A stretch of 64,000 bases of DNA from Thermoplasmata archaeon (GCA_034667685.1 JAXDQU010000106.1:84043-148042), one strand, 5' to 3'. Positions 9,059-20,600 are shown, numbered from the stretch's first letter. Notes: generated by a model not told the origin, from the letters alone. Program-made: numbers and translations.

Positions 9059-10378
9059 TTAGCCGAAGGCCGCGGCGGGGCTCTTCATCGCCTCGCGCAG
9101 CAGGCACGTGGCGTAGCTTCCCTTCAGCAGGAAGAAGCGGAGCAGGAGGCGCTCGCCGGCGTCGTCGGCGCCCGCGTCCCACGAGACGGGGCCCAGGGGA
9201 GCCAGAAGCTCGCGGCGGGTGCCGAAGCTGGCGACCTCCGGGAGGTGCGGGATGCGGAAGTCGCGCTGCCGATAGCCCGCCTCGGCGAGGACGTCGCGCT
9301 CGATCTCGCCCATGCGCCCTTCCGCCAGGCGCGAGCCGGTGCCCGCGATGGCGCCGGTGACGAGCGCCGCGCCCTTCGCGCACAGGCGCGCCACGCGCGC
9401 GTGGTTGAGCGGCGTGACGGCGTGCAGGCGCTCCTTGTCGGGACGCCCCTCCGCGTCGAGCCCCACGACGAGATCGCCGGGGCGCGGCTCGTTGAGGCCG
9501 ATGCCTTCGCCCATGCGGCGGCTCACGATGCGGTTGAACAGGAGGCTCTGCGCGGCGTAGACGAACATGGTGCGCAGGTTGCTGGGCAGCGACAGGAGCG
9601 CGCCCTCGAAGTCGCGCGGGTGGCGCGCGAGGTGCTCCAGCATCGTGCGCTCGAAGCCCGCGTAGCGCGGGAAGCGCGCGAAGCTGGACTCGGCGTCGCG
9701 CGTGGCGTCGTAGTGCGCGCGCGCCTCGCGCAGCTCGTCGGACTCGGCCGGCTGCGGGTTGCCCACGTAGAGGCGCACGGCCTCCTCCAGGTCGCCCCGG
9801 ACGATCTGCTCGCCCACGAGGTGCGTCACGGGGCGCACGACGCCGAAGCGCTGCACGCCGAAGTAGTTGGGGAAGCCCCCCTCGGCCTCGATGCGCGCGA
9901 GGATCGCGTGCAGGCTCTCCGCGGCCTCCTTGAGGGGGACGTCCGTCTCGCGCAGCGCGATGACGAAGCGGTTGCCCACCAGCTCGCCGATCTTGGGCGC
10001 GCGGTCCACGCGGCGCGTCTCCAGCACCTCGACGTCCTTGAGGTCCAGCGCGCGCACGCGCTCCTCGGGGGCGCGGAGGCTGACGTACTGCGTCGTGACG
10101 GCGCGCTTGTCCTTCGTTCCGGCGAAGAAGATCGTCTCGCGCGGCACGTTCAGGACGCGCGCCAGCTCGCCCATGAGGCGGTTGGTCTCCCAGTTGCGCA
10201 CGCGCAGCGCGGCCACCGTGTACTTGCCCTCCGCCACGGGCGCGGGGAAGGCGAGCGGGACCTCCTCGACGACGAAGTCCTCGGGGCGGCTCTTCAGCCG
10301 GCCGCCGGTGCCGGGCAACGCCGCGGTGAGGTAGCGTTCGAGCCCGAGCGCCTTCTCAAAATCGCCGGGCTCGATCAT
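9059..10378 (-). CDS. truD: tRNA pseudouridine(13) synthase TruD/Pus7
   Basis: PEDFVVEE, AGTKDKRAVTTQ, GNRF, PNYFGVQRFG, KGSYATCLLRE. Confidence 0.95.
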   Translation of the reverse strand: MIEPGDFEKALGLERYLTAALPGTGGRLKSRPEDFVVEEVPLAFPAPVAEGKYTVAALRVRNWETNRLMGELARVLNVPRETIFFAGTKDKRAVTTQYVSLRAPEERVRALDLKDVEVLETRRVDRAPKIGELVGNRFVIALRETDVPLKEAAESLHAILARIEAEGGFPNYFGVQRFGVVRPVTHLVGEQIVRGDLEEAVRLYVGNPQPAESDELREARAHYDATRDAESSFARFPRYAGFERTMLEHLARHPRDFEGALLSLPSNLRTMFVYAAQSLLFNRIVSRRMGEGIGLNEPRPGDLVVGLDAEGRPDKERLHAVTPLNHARVARLCAKGAALVTGAIAGTGSRLAEGRMGEIERDVLAEAGYRQRDFRIPHLPEVASFGTRRELLAPLGPVSWDAGADDAGERLLLRFFLLKGSYATCLLREAMKSPAAAFG

Positions 10379-10387
10379 CGCATCGGC

Positions 10388-10666
10388 TCACTGGCCGGAC
10401 GCGCGGACCAGCAGGGTCTCGAGCTCGTCGAACTGGGCGCGCAGCTCCTTGGCCGCGGTCTTGAGGGCCGCATCGGGCTTGCCGTTCTTGGTCTCGACGA
10501 CGAAGAGCGGGTTGTCGAGGTACGGGTGGCCCATGACGTAGGTCGCGGTCTCGACGCTGGGGTCCTGGAGGAGCTTCTGCTTGAGGAGGTTCAGCAGCGT
10601 GTCGTTCTCGCCGATGACCTCGATCTCGAGCTTGTTGGCGGTCTTGTTGCGGAGGCGGAGTTCCAT
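10388..10666 (-). CDS. rpoL: DNA-directed RNA polymerase subunit L (Rpo11)
   Basis: GENDTLLNLL...ATYVMGHP motif, 92 aa, adjacent to csl4. Confidence 0.9.
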   Translation of the reverse strand: MELRLRNKTANKLEIEVIGENDTLLNLLKQKLLQDPSVETATYVMGHPYLDNPLFVVETKNGKPDAALKTAAKELRAQFDELETLLVRASGQ

Positions 10667-10675
10667 GAAGAGACC

Positions 10676-11245
10676 TCAGAGGATGGTGCCGACGCCGAAA
10701 TCCTCGGCGAGCTTCTTGGTGTCCTTCCAGTCGCACTCGGGGCAGACGACGCCGCGGCCCTTCCGGGCCATGACGCTGCCGCAGCGCGGGCAGTAGGACT
10801 TCAGGACCCCGAGGTTCGGGGCCTTGGTGGTGAGCTGGATGGCGGGATCGGACTCGATCACCTTGGCGCGGATGATATCACGGATGCGGAACGCGCTCTC
10901 CATGCTCTCGACGTACTGGTCGCTGCTCTTGGAGACGTGGAGCGTGCCGTTGGTGTCGCCGCCGATGCCGCGGTTGGGGTGGCTGGCCAGCGCCTTGACC
11001 TCGACGATCGCCATGCTGGGGCGCGTGGCGTGCACGACGCCGAGCACGATGTCGCCGGGCTTGACGACGGCGGGCTGCGCGACCAGCGGGTGGACGCGCG
11101 CCACGAAGTCCGAGGTGTCCAGCGTGAGCGTGCCGAACGTCGCGGCGTAGACCTCGCCGTTCTCCTCGTAGGTGCCGGGCCCGGGAACCCATTCCTCGGC
11201 GACGCCGACGGAATCCCCGGGGTAGACGAGACGCCGCTCCGCCAT
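10676..11245 (-). CDS. csl4: Exosome RNA-binding subunit Csl4
   Basis: VYPGD...EEWVPGPGTYE, S1 domain, C-terminal CPRCG...CPEC zinc ribbon; TATA (TTTATA) near 11277-11282. Confidence 0.92.
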   Translation of the reverse strand: MAERRLVYPGDSVGVAEEWVPGPGTYEENGEVYAATFGTLTLDTSDFVARVHPLVAQPAVVKPGDIVLGVVHATRPSMAIVEVKALASHPNRGIGGDTNGTLHVSKSSDQYVESMESAFRIRDIIRAKVIESDPAIQLTTKAPNLGVLKSYCPRCGSVMARKGRGVVCPECDWKDTKKLAEDFGVGTIL

Positions 11246-11319
11246 GAAAACCTGCGGCGAGCAAAGGGGCACCCCTATAAAGCCGCTCCGGGCCAAGACT
11301 TAGGAACGTGAGTACGGGA

Positions 11320-12000
11320 CTACGGTGACAGAGAACCGAAACGCTCGTCTACGGGCTGGACTCCCGTAAGCAAGGATTGGTTCTCCGTAGAAGGCATGAC
11401 TGGCTTACGGGAGAGCCGAAGCGCCACGACGTCGACCTCGTGGACGGCCTTCTCGTGGTGCCGGTACTGATGCCGCAGCGCGAACCGGAGCGCCCAGGCG
11501 TGCGTGGGATGGAACCCCGCCGCCTCGGCGTAGGACTCCACGAAGGCGCGCGTCGCCGCGTTGTGCAGCGTGTAGACGACGGGCGCCGCGCGGAAGGCGG
11601 CGTTGAGGAAGACGCGATCCGCGCCCCGCTGCTGCGCGCCGAAAGGCGGGTTCATCACGATCGTGTCGGCCGCGCCACGCCACGCCGCGACGTCGGCCTC
11701 CACCCACGCGACCCCGGCGCCCAAGCCTTGCGCAGCGCGCCGCGCGACGGCGAGCGCCTCCGGGTCCACGTCGACGCCCACCGTCTCCGCCGCGCCCAGG
11801 AGCGAGGCGCCGATCGCGAGGACGCCCGTGCCGCAGCCCAGATCCGCCACGCGGCGGCCCGTGATATCACCGAGCGCCAGCGCCTCGTGCAGCAGCGGCG
11901 CCGCCAGATCGGCGGGCGTCGCGTACTGCTCCAGGTGCAGCTTCGGCTTCGGATGCGGTGGCACTTTTGATAGTATGCGCTCAAGATCGCGCAAGCGCAA
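11320..12000 (-). CDS. METTL5-family SAM-dependent RNA methyltransferase
   Basis: LEQYATP, DLGCGTG, MNPPFG motifs; usual neighbour of csl4-rpoL. Confidence 0.88.
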   Translation of the reverse strand: MRLRDLERILSKVPPHPKPKLHLEQYATPADLAAPLLHEALALGDITGRRVADLGCGTGVLAIGASLLGAAETVGVDVDPEALAVARRAAQGLGAGVAWVEADVAAWRGAADTIVMNPPFGAQQRGADRVFLNAAFRAAPVVYTLHNAATRAFVESYAEAAGFHPTHAWALRFALRHQYRHHEKAVHEVDVVALRLSRKPVMPSTENQSLLTGVQPVDERFGSLSP

Positions 12001-12047
12001 TCGCTATCACCAAGAAATGATAGCGCGATAGCAATAACAGTTAGCTA

Positions 12048-12482
12048 TCACATGACCTCGGGTCCGTGGATGGCCCCCTTCTGCTGCGCAGGCTGCTGCG
12101 GCGTGAAATTCACCTGCGGAAGCGGGATCGGCGGCGGAAGCTGCAGATCCTTCGCGATCCCCACCGCCTGCGGCACGCAAACGCGCATCACCGTGCTGTG
12201 GATCTCCGTCGCCGCGTCAGGCGCCATCTGGTTCGTCGTGCGCCACGCCGCCTCGAAAGCCTTCGCATCGCACGTGAAGTTCATGTTCCCCTCGATCCGG
12301 ATCACGCCCACCGCCCCATAGGCCGCCGTGTAGCGGAACTCCACGTTGACCTCCTGCGGCGTGACCTCCTTCACAAGCGTCACCGTCGACGAATGGTCGA
12401 TCCGGATGTTGGGCAGCCGCTCGTTGGTCTTCGAGTACCGCTTGGCCTCGATCCCAGTGAGCTCCAGACGCGTGACGGGCAC
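12048..12482 (-). CDS. Conserved archaeal hypothetical protein
   Basis: GTG start at 12482 about 27 nt below a TATAA box (12509-12513); ends in LQLPPPIPLPQV, which I recall from a conserved archaeal family. Confidence 0.75.
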   Translation of the reverse strand: MPVTRLELTGIEAKRYSKTNERLPNIRIDHSSTVTLVKEVTPQEVNVEFRYTAAYGAVGVIRIEGNMNFTCDAKAFEAAWRTTNQMAPDAATEIHSTVMRVCVPQAVGIAKDLQLPPPIPLPQVNFTPQQPAQQKGAIHGPEVM

Positions 12483-12529
12483 GATGCGGGGGACGCGGCG
12501 AGGCCGCCTTATAGGTGACGCCGCCCGAC

Positions 12530-12750
12530 GCGGCACCTGCACGCTCGCCCCGACGCCTGGTCGCGCCAGCCGGCGCCGGGCGCCGCCGCGAAGAACGCTC
12601 TAGAGCATTGTTGGGCAAGGTGGCGCAAGGTAGCGCGAGGCGGCGCCGGGTCGGTGCAGCCAGCGCCGCGTGCCGCATGGCGCCACTTTCGGGCACCTCC
12701 GTTGCGCATTGCCTTCCTCGGGTGCCGTCGTCGGGTGGTTTGGCGCTTCT
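12530..12750. repeat. Non-coding element copy A: CTAG-centred 22-bp pseudo-palindrome with phased GGCGCC-like boxes
   Basis: AAGAACGCTCTAGAGCATTGTT at 12591-12612; GGCGCC-like hexamers at 12532, 12552, 12572, 12622, 12642, 12662; homologous to 20770-20965. Confidence 0.7.
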
Positions 12751-12921
12751 CCCGTGGAGTCCCTGGCGTGCCGTTCTTCGTCGTCGTGTCGCGTGTGTGA
12801 GCATGCGCTGGCGGGTGGGGGGTGCGCGTTGGAGGAGGCGGTGGATGTGGCGCTTGCGCCGCGGCTTCCTGTGGCGGTGCGTGTGGTGGGGCCTTTCGCA
12901 GCTTCGTCTTGATTCAGGGAT

Positions 12922-14037
12922 TTAGCCCAGTTTCTTTTTGATGCTGTCGAAGAGGCCTTTGTTTTTGGGTTCGCGTCCTTCGAGGCGGGCGAGGTCTTCG
13001 AAGAGTTTGCGTTCTTCGGGGCTGAGTTTGGCGGGCGTGTAGAGGCGGGCGTGGGCGAGGAGGTCGCCGCGGCGGTTGCCGTGGAGGCTGGGGAGTCCTT
13101 TGCCGCGGAGGCGGAAGGTTTCGCCGGATTGGGTGCCGGGTGGGATGGTGAGGGTGTCGCGTTTGCCGTCGAGGAGGGGGACTTCGACTTCGTCGCCGAG
13201 GGCGGCTTGGCTGAAGGTGAGGGGGATGGGGACGTGGAGGTCGTCGCCTTCGCGGGTGAAGACGGGGTGGGGTTTGATGCGGACGCGGACGTAGAGGTCG
13301 CCGTCGGGGAATCCGTCGGGGCCGGCTTCGCCTTCGCCGCGGAGTCGGAGGGCGCCTCCGTCGGGGACGCCTTCGGGGAGGTGGATGGTGAGGGTGCGTT
13401 GGCGTTGGAGGCGTCCGGCGCCTTTGCAGGCGGGGTCGGGGGTGGCGACGGTCTCGCCGCGGCCGTTGCATTGGGGGCAGGGGCCGGCGGTCTGGACGAG
13501 GCCGAAGGGGGTGCGCATCTGGCGGGCGACTTGGCCGTGTCCTTTGCAGGTGGGGCAGCGGGTGGGGCGGGTGCCGGGTTTGGCGCCGTTTCCGCCGCAG
13601 GTTTCGCAGCGTTCGAGGCGGGCGATGCGCAGCTCTTTTTCGGCGCCTCGGGCGACTTCTTCGAGCGTCACTTCGACTTGGGTTTGGAGGTCGCGTCCGC
13701 CTTGGGGTCCGCCGAAGCCGCCGCCGAAGAGGTTGCGGAGGATGCTTCCCATGTCGAAGCCCATGTCGCCGAAGTCGGCGCCGCGGAAGATGTCTTCCTG
13801 GGTGTAGCGTTCGTCGAATCCGGCGTGGCCGTATTGGTCGTAGGTGCGGCGCTTCTCGTCGTCGCTGAGGACGGCGTAGGCTTCGCTGATCTCCTTGAAG
13901 CGTTCTTCGGCGCCCGGCTCCTTGTTGCGGTCGGGGTGGTATTGGAGGGCGAGCCTGCGGTAGGCTTTCTTGATGTCGTCGGCGTTGGCGTCCTTCGGCA
14001 CGCCGAGCAATTCGTAGTAGTCGGCCTTCGTCGCCAT
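12922..14037 (-). CDS. dnaJ: Molecular chaperone DnaJ
   Basis: J domain with HPD, G/F region, CxxCxGxG repeats, C-terminal domain. Confidence 0.97.
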   Translation of the reverse strand: MATKADYYELLGVPKDANADDIKKAYRRLALQYHPDRNKEPGAEERFKEISEAYAVLSDDEKRRTYDQYGHAGFDERYTQEDIFRGADFGDMGFDMGSILRNLFGGGFGGPQGGRDLQTQVEVTLEEVARGAEKELRIARLERCETCGGNGAKPGTRPTRCPTCKGHGQVARQMRTPFGLVQTAGPCPQCNGRGETVATPDPACKGAGRLQRQRTLTIHLPEGVPDGGALRLRGEGEAGPDGFPDGDLYVRVRIKPHPVFTREGDDLHVPIPLTFSQAALGDEVEVPLLDGKRDTLTIPPGTQSGETFRLRGKGLPSLHGNRRGDLLAHARLYTPAKLSPEERKLFEDLARLEGREPKNKGLFDSIKKKLG

Positions 14038-14113
14038 GGCGCGCGAGCTTCCCAGCGGGGCCCTGCGCTTGAACCTAGCTACCCTTTTGGGCCTGGCGCG
14101 CGTGCCCGGCCGC

Positions 14114-14482
14114 ATGGGTCTCGTCAAGATCGTCCTGACGCTGGTGGGCGTGCTGATCCTCGCCGTCGTGGGGCTGGCCGCTTATCTCTATTTCACGGAC
14201 TATGGCGCGCAGGCCTCGATCACAGGCAAGGGGAGCGACGCGCAGGGCGACTACGTGCTCGTGACGCCGAAGCTTTGGCCGAGCTATCATCTGACGCAGC
14301 GCCTCGACGCCAACACGGCGGCGTTCGTCTGCACGGGCTATCAGGTGACGTTCCACGTGAACACGCACCACACGCTCGTGTATGACGGGGCGGGGACGCT
14401 CGTCTACGACAGCGCGAAGAGCGGCGTCCAGAATCCTGGCGCCGTCGCGCGCTGCGCCGCCTCGAGCGGTGGAGTTCTGTAG
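14114..14482 (+). CDS. Small membrane-anchored hypothetical protein
   Basis: N-terminal TM ([24 protein letters not shown]) followed by a beta-rich domain with two Cys. Confidence 0.7.
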   Translation: MGLVKIVLTLVGVLILAVVGLAAYLYFTDYGAQASITGKGSDAQGDYVLVTPKLWPSYHLTQRLDANTAAFVCTGYQVTFHVNTHHTLVYDGAGTLVYDSAKSGVQNPGAVARCAASSGGVL

Positions 14483-14694
14483 CGCCGGAGCCGAGCGCGC
14501 CCCGCGCGCTCGGGCGCAGGCGCCCGCCCGGCGCGGTGTCGCAGGCCCGCGCCGCACGGCGCGGAGCCGGAGACCGCCCGCGCAGCGGGCGATTCGCGCC
14601 GGGCGGAGTTGAGAACTAGAGTTGTCCTCTGTCGCTGCTTGGGTGCACGCAAAAGGCTTTCAATGCCCGGGGCTACGCGGCGGCGGGGAGCGCC

Positions 14695-17600
14695 GTGCGC
14701 CAGCCAGCCGTTTCGAGGATCGCCGTCATCTGGATCTCCGCGCTCACGCTGACGCCCGTCGTGGGCGGCGCTTGGGCCGATGCCCAGCTTCTCCCCGCGC
14801 CGACGGGCTTCTCCGCCGTCGCGCTTTCCCCGAGCGCCATCGCCCTTTCGTGGGACGCCGTGGACGGCGCGCACTCGTACCACGTCGAGCGTTTCGCGGG
14901 CGAGTCGTGGACGCCCGTCGCGGACGTCAACGCGACGAACGTCACCGACGCGGGCCTTGAGGCCAACACGTCCTACACGTACCACGTCTGCGCGTGGGAC
15001 GGCTCCGCCTGCGGCGTCGTCTCGGAGAGCGCGAGCGCGACCACGCTCCCCACTCCGCCGCCCGCCGCGCCCGCCTCCCTCGTCGCCACGCGCGGCTCGG
15101 GCAGCGCCTACGCCGACGTCCACCTGGCATGGAGCGCCGTCGAGGGCGCGACCGGCTACACGCTCTCGCGCGCCGACGCGGCGAACGAGACCACCCTCGT
15201 CTACGCGGGCAACGCCACGGGCTTCGACGACCTCGCGCTCGCCGGCGGCGCGTACGTCTGGAGCGTCGCCGCGACGTCGGACGCCGGGACCAGCGCGCCC
15301 ACGGCGAGCAGCTCCCTCGTGGTCCCCGCGGGTCCGCCCGTCACGGACCTGCGCGCGACGGGGCTCACGAGCACCTCGCTCTCGCTCGTCTGGGACGCGC
15401 CGCAGGGCGCCGCCGGCTTCCTCGTCAACGGCACGCCCGTCGAGGCCGCGCAGCTTGACCTCGCGGACCTCGTGGCGTGCGGCTCGTACTCGTTCGACGT
15501 CGTCGCGCGGTACGAGGGCGGCGTGAGCGACCCCGTCACGCTCCGCGTCGCGCTGCCAGGCTGCATGCTCTGGTACGACGCCGCCTCGCCCGCCAACTCG
15601 GCCACGCAGCTCGCCGACCTGAGTGCCGCGGGCGACGACGGCGCGCTCCTGAACATGGCCGCGGGCCCCGCCAACGGCACGCTCGCCTTCGACGGCGTCG
15701 ACGACCTCGTCGCGGGCGGCGCGCTCTTCCACGCGCCCGACTCCTTCACCGAGGCCGTCCGCTTCCGCACCACGAGCGCCTCCGGCATCCTCGTCTCGTT
15801 CCAGGACTCGCGCGACCTCGCCCCGTCGCGCTTCGACCGGCGCCTCTTCCTCGACGGCCAGGGGCGCGTCGGGTTCGGCGTCTGGGCGGACGGCGCGCCC
15901 GATGACCCGCGCGTGATCCGCAGCGACGCGCGCTTCGACGACGGCCAGTGGCACACCGCGGTCGCCACGATCGGCGCCACCGGCTCCGACGCGGGCGCGA
16001 TGCTCTACGTCGACGGCACGCTCGTCAACCAGACCCCGAGCAACGACAAGCAGGTCTACGACGGCTACTGGGTCGTGGGCGGCAGCCGCAACACGTACTG
16101 GGAGAGCGTCCTCCCGCAGCCCATGTTCCGCGGCGAGATCGCGATGGTGAAGGTCTACGACGGCATCGTCCCGCCCGCGCCCGCCGCGCTGGGCCCCGCC
16201 ACGCACCTCGCCGTCTCGCGCGGCCCCGCGCTGGGCGAGGCGAGCCTGTCCTGGTGGCCCGCGCCCGGCGCCGAGCGCTACGCGGTCAACCTCACCGGCC
16301 CCTCCTTCCCCAACGGCACCGAGGTCGACGCGGGCCCCGCGCGCACGGCCGACTTCCCGGACCTCCTCGCGGGCGACTACGCGTTCACCGTGCTATCGTT
16401 CCAGGGCGACGCCTCGGCCGCGAGCGAGCCCGTCACCGGCCAGCCCGCCACCGCGCCCGGCGCGCCCGCGAGCGTCACCGCCACGCCGGTCTCGCCTGGC
16501 GTGGTCCGCGTCGCGTGGAGCGCGCCCGACGACACGGGCGGCGTGCCCGTCCAGCATTACGAGGTCTCCGCGGACGGCGAGCCGCGCACCACCACGCTGG
16601 GCACCACGTTCGGCGTCAACCTCGCGGTGCCCGAGGACGGCGCCGTCCACGTCTTCGGCGTCCGCGCCAACACCAGCGCCGCGGCGGGCCCGGAAGCGCT
16701 CGCCAACGCCACCGCCGCCTGGGCGCCCAGCCCCGTCGCCTCGCTCTGGAGCGAGCCGGGCGCCGAGGTCGGCGAGGTCAACCTCACGTGGCTGGCGCCC
16801 GCCACGCACGCCGCGCCCCTCGCGGGCTATCACGTCTGGCGCGACGGCGCCATCGTCGCCACCACCAACGCCACGCGCTTCGTCGACGCCAACCGCACGC
16901 CCGGCGCGCGTTCCTCCTACAACGTCACCGCCGCGAGCGACGCGGGCGAGAGCGCCGCGGGCCTCACCGTGACCGAGGTCGCGCGCCCCGCGCTCGTGGG
17001 CTGCCCGACCAGCACGAGCGTCTCGGTCTACGCCTGCCAGCAGGTGCCCTTCGGGCTCTACGCGCTGCCGGCCAACGCCTCCTCGCCCACGAGCATGCGG
17101 TGCGACGACTGCGTCAGCTCGCCGCTCGCGCTCCCCTTCGCGTTCCCGATGTTCGGGCGTCTCTACACGCAGGTCAACGTCACGACCAACGGCCTGCTCC
17201 TTTTCGGGAGCACCGACTACGGATGGAGCTACTCGCCCGTCGGCATCCCCACCGATGGCTCGCCCGCCGGCATGATCGCCGGCTACTGGAGCGACCTCGA
17301 CGGCCGCGCCATCGGCAACGTCCGCTACGCGACGCTCGGCGAGGCGCCCCACCGCCTTTTCGTAGTCTCGTGGGAGCGCATGGGCGAGTACAGCTGTTAC
17401 TACCTTCCCTACTGCGGTCCCGGCAACGCCACGTTCCAGGTCGCGCTCCACGAGGACAGCGGCGCCGTCGAATACCAGATCGCCTTCGCGGCGATGGACC
17501 ACCACTACGCCACCGTCGGCCTCGAGGATGAGACGGGAACCTACGGCCTGACGATCTTCCACGGCACCGCGCCTCTCGCGCGCCAGGGCTTCCTCCTGAT

Positions 17601-20600
17601 CCCGCCCAATGCGCCGCCCGTCGGAGCGCCCACCGGCGTCTCCGTCCACGCGACCGCGCCGCTCACCCTTGATGTCAACTGGACGCCGCCCGCGGACGCG
17701 ACCTCGAGCGCCGTCTTCGGCTACCGCGTCTACCGCGACGGGACGCTGATCGCCACGCCTGATGGCACGAGCTACGCCGACGAGCTCTCCGCGCCCGGCA
17801 ACCACACCTACCAGGTCGCGGCGCTCAACGCGCGCGGTGAAGGTCCGAGCAGCGCGCCCGTCAACGGCACCGCCTACCAGGACGTCGCGCCGCCCACGCT
17901 GACGCTCGACCCCGAGGCGCCCGACGGATTGGGCGGCGTCTACAACCACACGCCCGCCGCCACCGCGATCCCAGGCGGCGCCCCGCCCAACCCCTCCGAG
18001 TCGCCCTGCGATTGCGTCGTCCGCGAGGTCGCCTCCGGGCCCAGCGTGGACGTCCTCGACTCGTTCGACGGCGCCGCGCACGCCTCTCCCTACACGGTGA
18101 CGGGCGAGGGCGAGCACACGCTCACGGCGCGCACGTTGGACGCGAACGGGAACGTCGTCGCGCAATCCGAGCCGCGGACCCTCACGCTCGACACGACGGC
18201 GCCCACCGCCACCGTCTCGACCGGCGCCGAGGGAAGCGCGCTCTCCGTCACGTTCGCGTTCAGCGAGCCCATGTCGCCCGACGCCACGCTCGCCGCGCTC
18301 GCGGCGCCCGCCGGCTGGACCGCCGCGCTCGCCAAGGACGCGCGGAGCCTCGTCGTCTCGGGCACCGGCGCGCCAGGCGCCGCGTACGACGTCACGCTCT
18401 CCTCCGCCGCCACGGACGCGCACGGCACTCCCCTCGCCGCGCCCGCGACGGGCCACGTCGAGGGCCCCGCGCCGCCGCCTCCGCCCCCGCCGCCCGCTCC
18501 GCCGGCGCCGCGCGTGCCCGGCGCGCCCGGCGCGCCCAGCGTCTCGTTCCACGACGGCCGCGTCGACGTCGCGTGGTCCGCCCCCTCCGACGCGGGCACC
18601 TCGCCCGTCTTCCGCTACACGCTGCTGCGCAACGGCCAGGCGATCTCCACGCAGCCCGGCACGAGCTACCAGGACGCGGCCGTGACGCCCGGCGCGACGT
18701 ACGCCTACAGCGTCGCCGCCACCAACACGCAGGGCACCGGCCCCGCGAGCGGCGCCACGAGCGTCACGATCCCCGGCGCCGCGCCCACGAGCGTCCTCGC
18801 GCTCAGCGGCGCGCCCCAGGATGGCTGGTACGGCGCGAGCCCGACCGCGAGCTTCAGCGCCACGCCCGCCGACGCGCAGGTGAGCTATCAATTGGACGGC
18901 GGCCCCGCCGCGACGTACGCCTCGCCCTTCGCCATCCCTGCCGGCCGCCACACGCTGAGCTGGCACGCCACGCGCCCCGGCTCGCCCGACGAGGCCGCGC
19001 GCTCGCAGACGATCGACGTGGACCCTGACGCGCCAATCATCGCTGGCGCGGGGCTCTCGGGCTCCAGCGTGCACGCCCGCGTCACCGACGCGCTCTCCGG
19101 CGTCGCCAGCGTCGCGGCGCTGCTGCCCGACGGCACGAGCGTCCCCCTCGCCGCGAGCGGCGACGACTACGCCGGCACGCTCTCGCCCACCGCGCCCGGC
19201 GTCCATGCGATCTCGATCATTGCGCGCGACCACGCGGGCCACGAGTCGCGCGCCTCGGCCGGCACGCTCACGATCGCCGCGCCGCCCGCCGCGGACAACG
19301 CGACGACCAACGGCACCGCCACCAACGCGACGACGTCCGGCCCCACGCCCAGCTCGCCCACGCCGCCCACGGGCGGCGGCAGCGGCACCAGCGGCGGGAG
19401 CAGCGGCGGCAGCGGTTCCGGCGGCGCGCCCCTGGAGCAGGCCAGCGTCACCCCCTCGTCGAGCACGCCGGCCCCCGGCGCCCCCTCGCCCACGCCGGCG
19501 CTCACCGTCACGCAGGACCCCAACGAGACGGCCCCGCTGGACGCCGGCGCGCGTGGTCAGGTGCGCCTGCACGTGAGCAACGTGGACGACCCCTCGCTCG
19601 TGCGCCTCGTCGTCGTCGACGAGAACGGCCACGAGACGCCGCTGGGCTCGGGCACCGACGCGACGTGGGACACCACGCGCAGCGACGACGGGTACTACAC
19701 CGTCGAGGCGCGCGAGGGCAACGTCACGCTCGCCAGCACGCGCGTCCTCGTGCGCAACGCCTTCCTCAGCGGCGCCGAAGCCGCGGGCGGCGTCGCGCTG
19801 GGCGTGGGCGCGGCCGCACTCACCAGCGTCGCGAGCAACGCGCTCACCTCGAGCGCCCTGGGCGCGGCCTCCGCGACGGCCAGCAGCGCCACGAGCGCGG
19901 CCTCCGGCGCCGCCACCAGCACCGGCGGAAGCCAAGGCTTCAGCCTCTCGCAGTACCTCAAGGACCTCTTCACCGACGCGGGCAGCGACGCGCTGCGCGA
20001 CAAGACGAAGAACGTCGCCTCCATCGAGCGCCGCCGCCGCATCGCCAGCAGCATCGCGCTGGTCGCCACGGTCTCGCTCATCGCCGTGTTCTACAGCGTC
20101 GCCGAATCGAGCGCCTACACGTGGCGCGCGTTCCTCGGCGTGCTCCCCCTCGTGGGCGCGGCCGCCGTCATCCTCGCGCTCCAGAAGTACGGCAGCGAGT
20201 CGCTCATCGCCCACCTCTCAGGCGCGCGCGTCCGCTTCCGCATCTGGATCGCCGGCGTCGCCTCGCTCCTCGTCTCCACGCTCGCGTTCCACCAGCCCTT
20301 CGGCTACCCCGGCTACGTCGACAACGGCGTCGAGACCACCGAAGCCGAGAAGCGCCTCGCGGGCCACCGCGCCCTCGCCATCCTGGGCATCACGAGCGCG
20401 TGGAGCCTCGTCTTCGTCCTCGCCGGCCACCTCGGCCTCTACGGCTTCGGCAGCATCGGCGTCGCGATGGCCGTAAGCGCCCTCGCCACCGCCGCGATGC
20501 CCTTCGGCCCCCTCCCCGGCAAGGAGGTCTGGCGCTGGAGCAAGCTCGCCTCCCTCGCGGCGGCCGTGGGCGCCCTCGCGCTCTACGTCACCTACGAGAT

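Noticed and set aside
12530-12750. Canonical archaeal origin (ORB) or Xer dif site
   Set aside because: No ORB consensus with G-string, no adjacent cdc6/orc1, and no AT-rich 11-6-11 dif pattern; kept only as a non-canonical candidate.
12754-12912. Small Cys-containing ORF (MESLACRSSSSCRVCEH...)
   Set aside because: It lies in an A-depleted tract where stop codons are scarce; no RBS or recognisable motif.
14480-14640. Possible third copy of the palindromic element (GCGC-rich run plus GAACTAGAGTTGT)
   Set aside because: Only a partial match to the palindrome and no exact 20-bp phasing; more simply the promoter region of the surface-protein gene.
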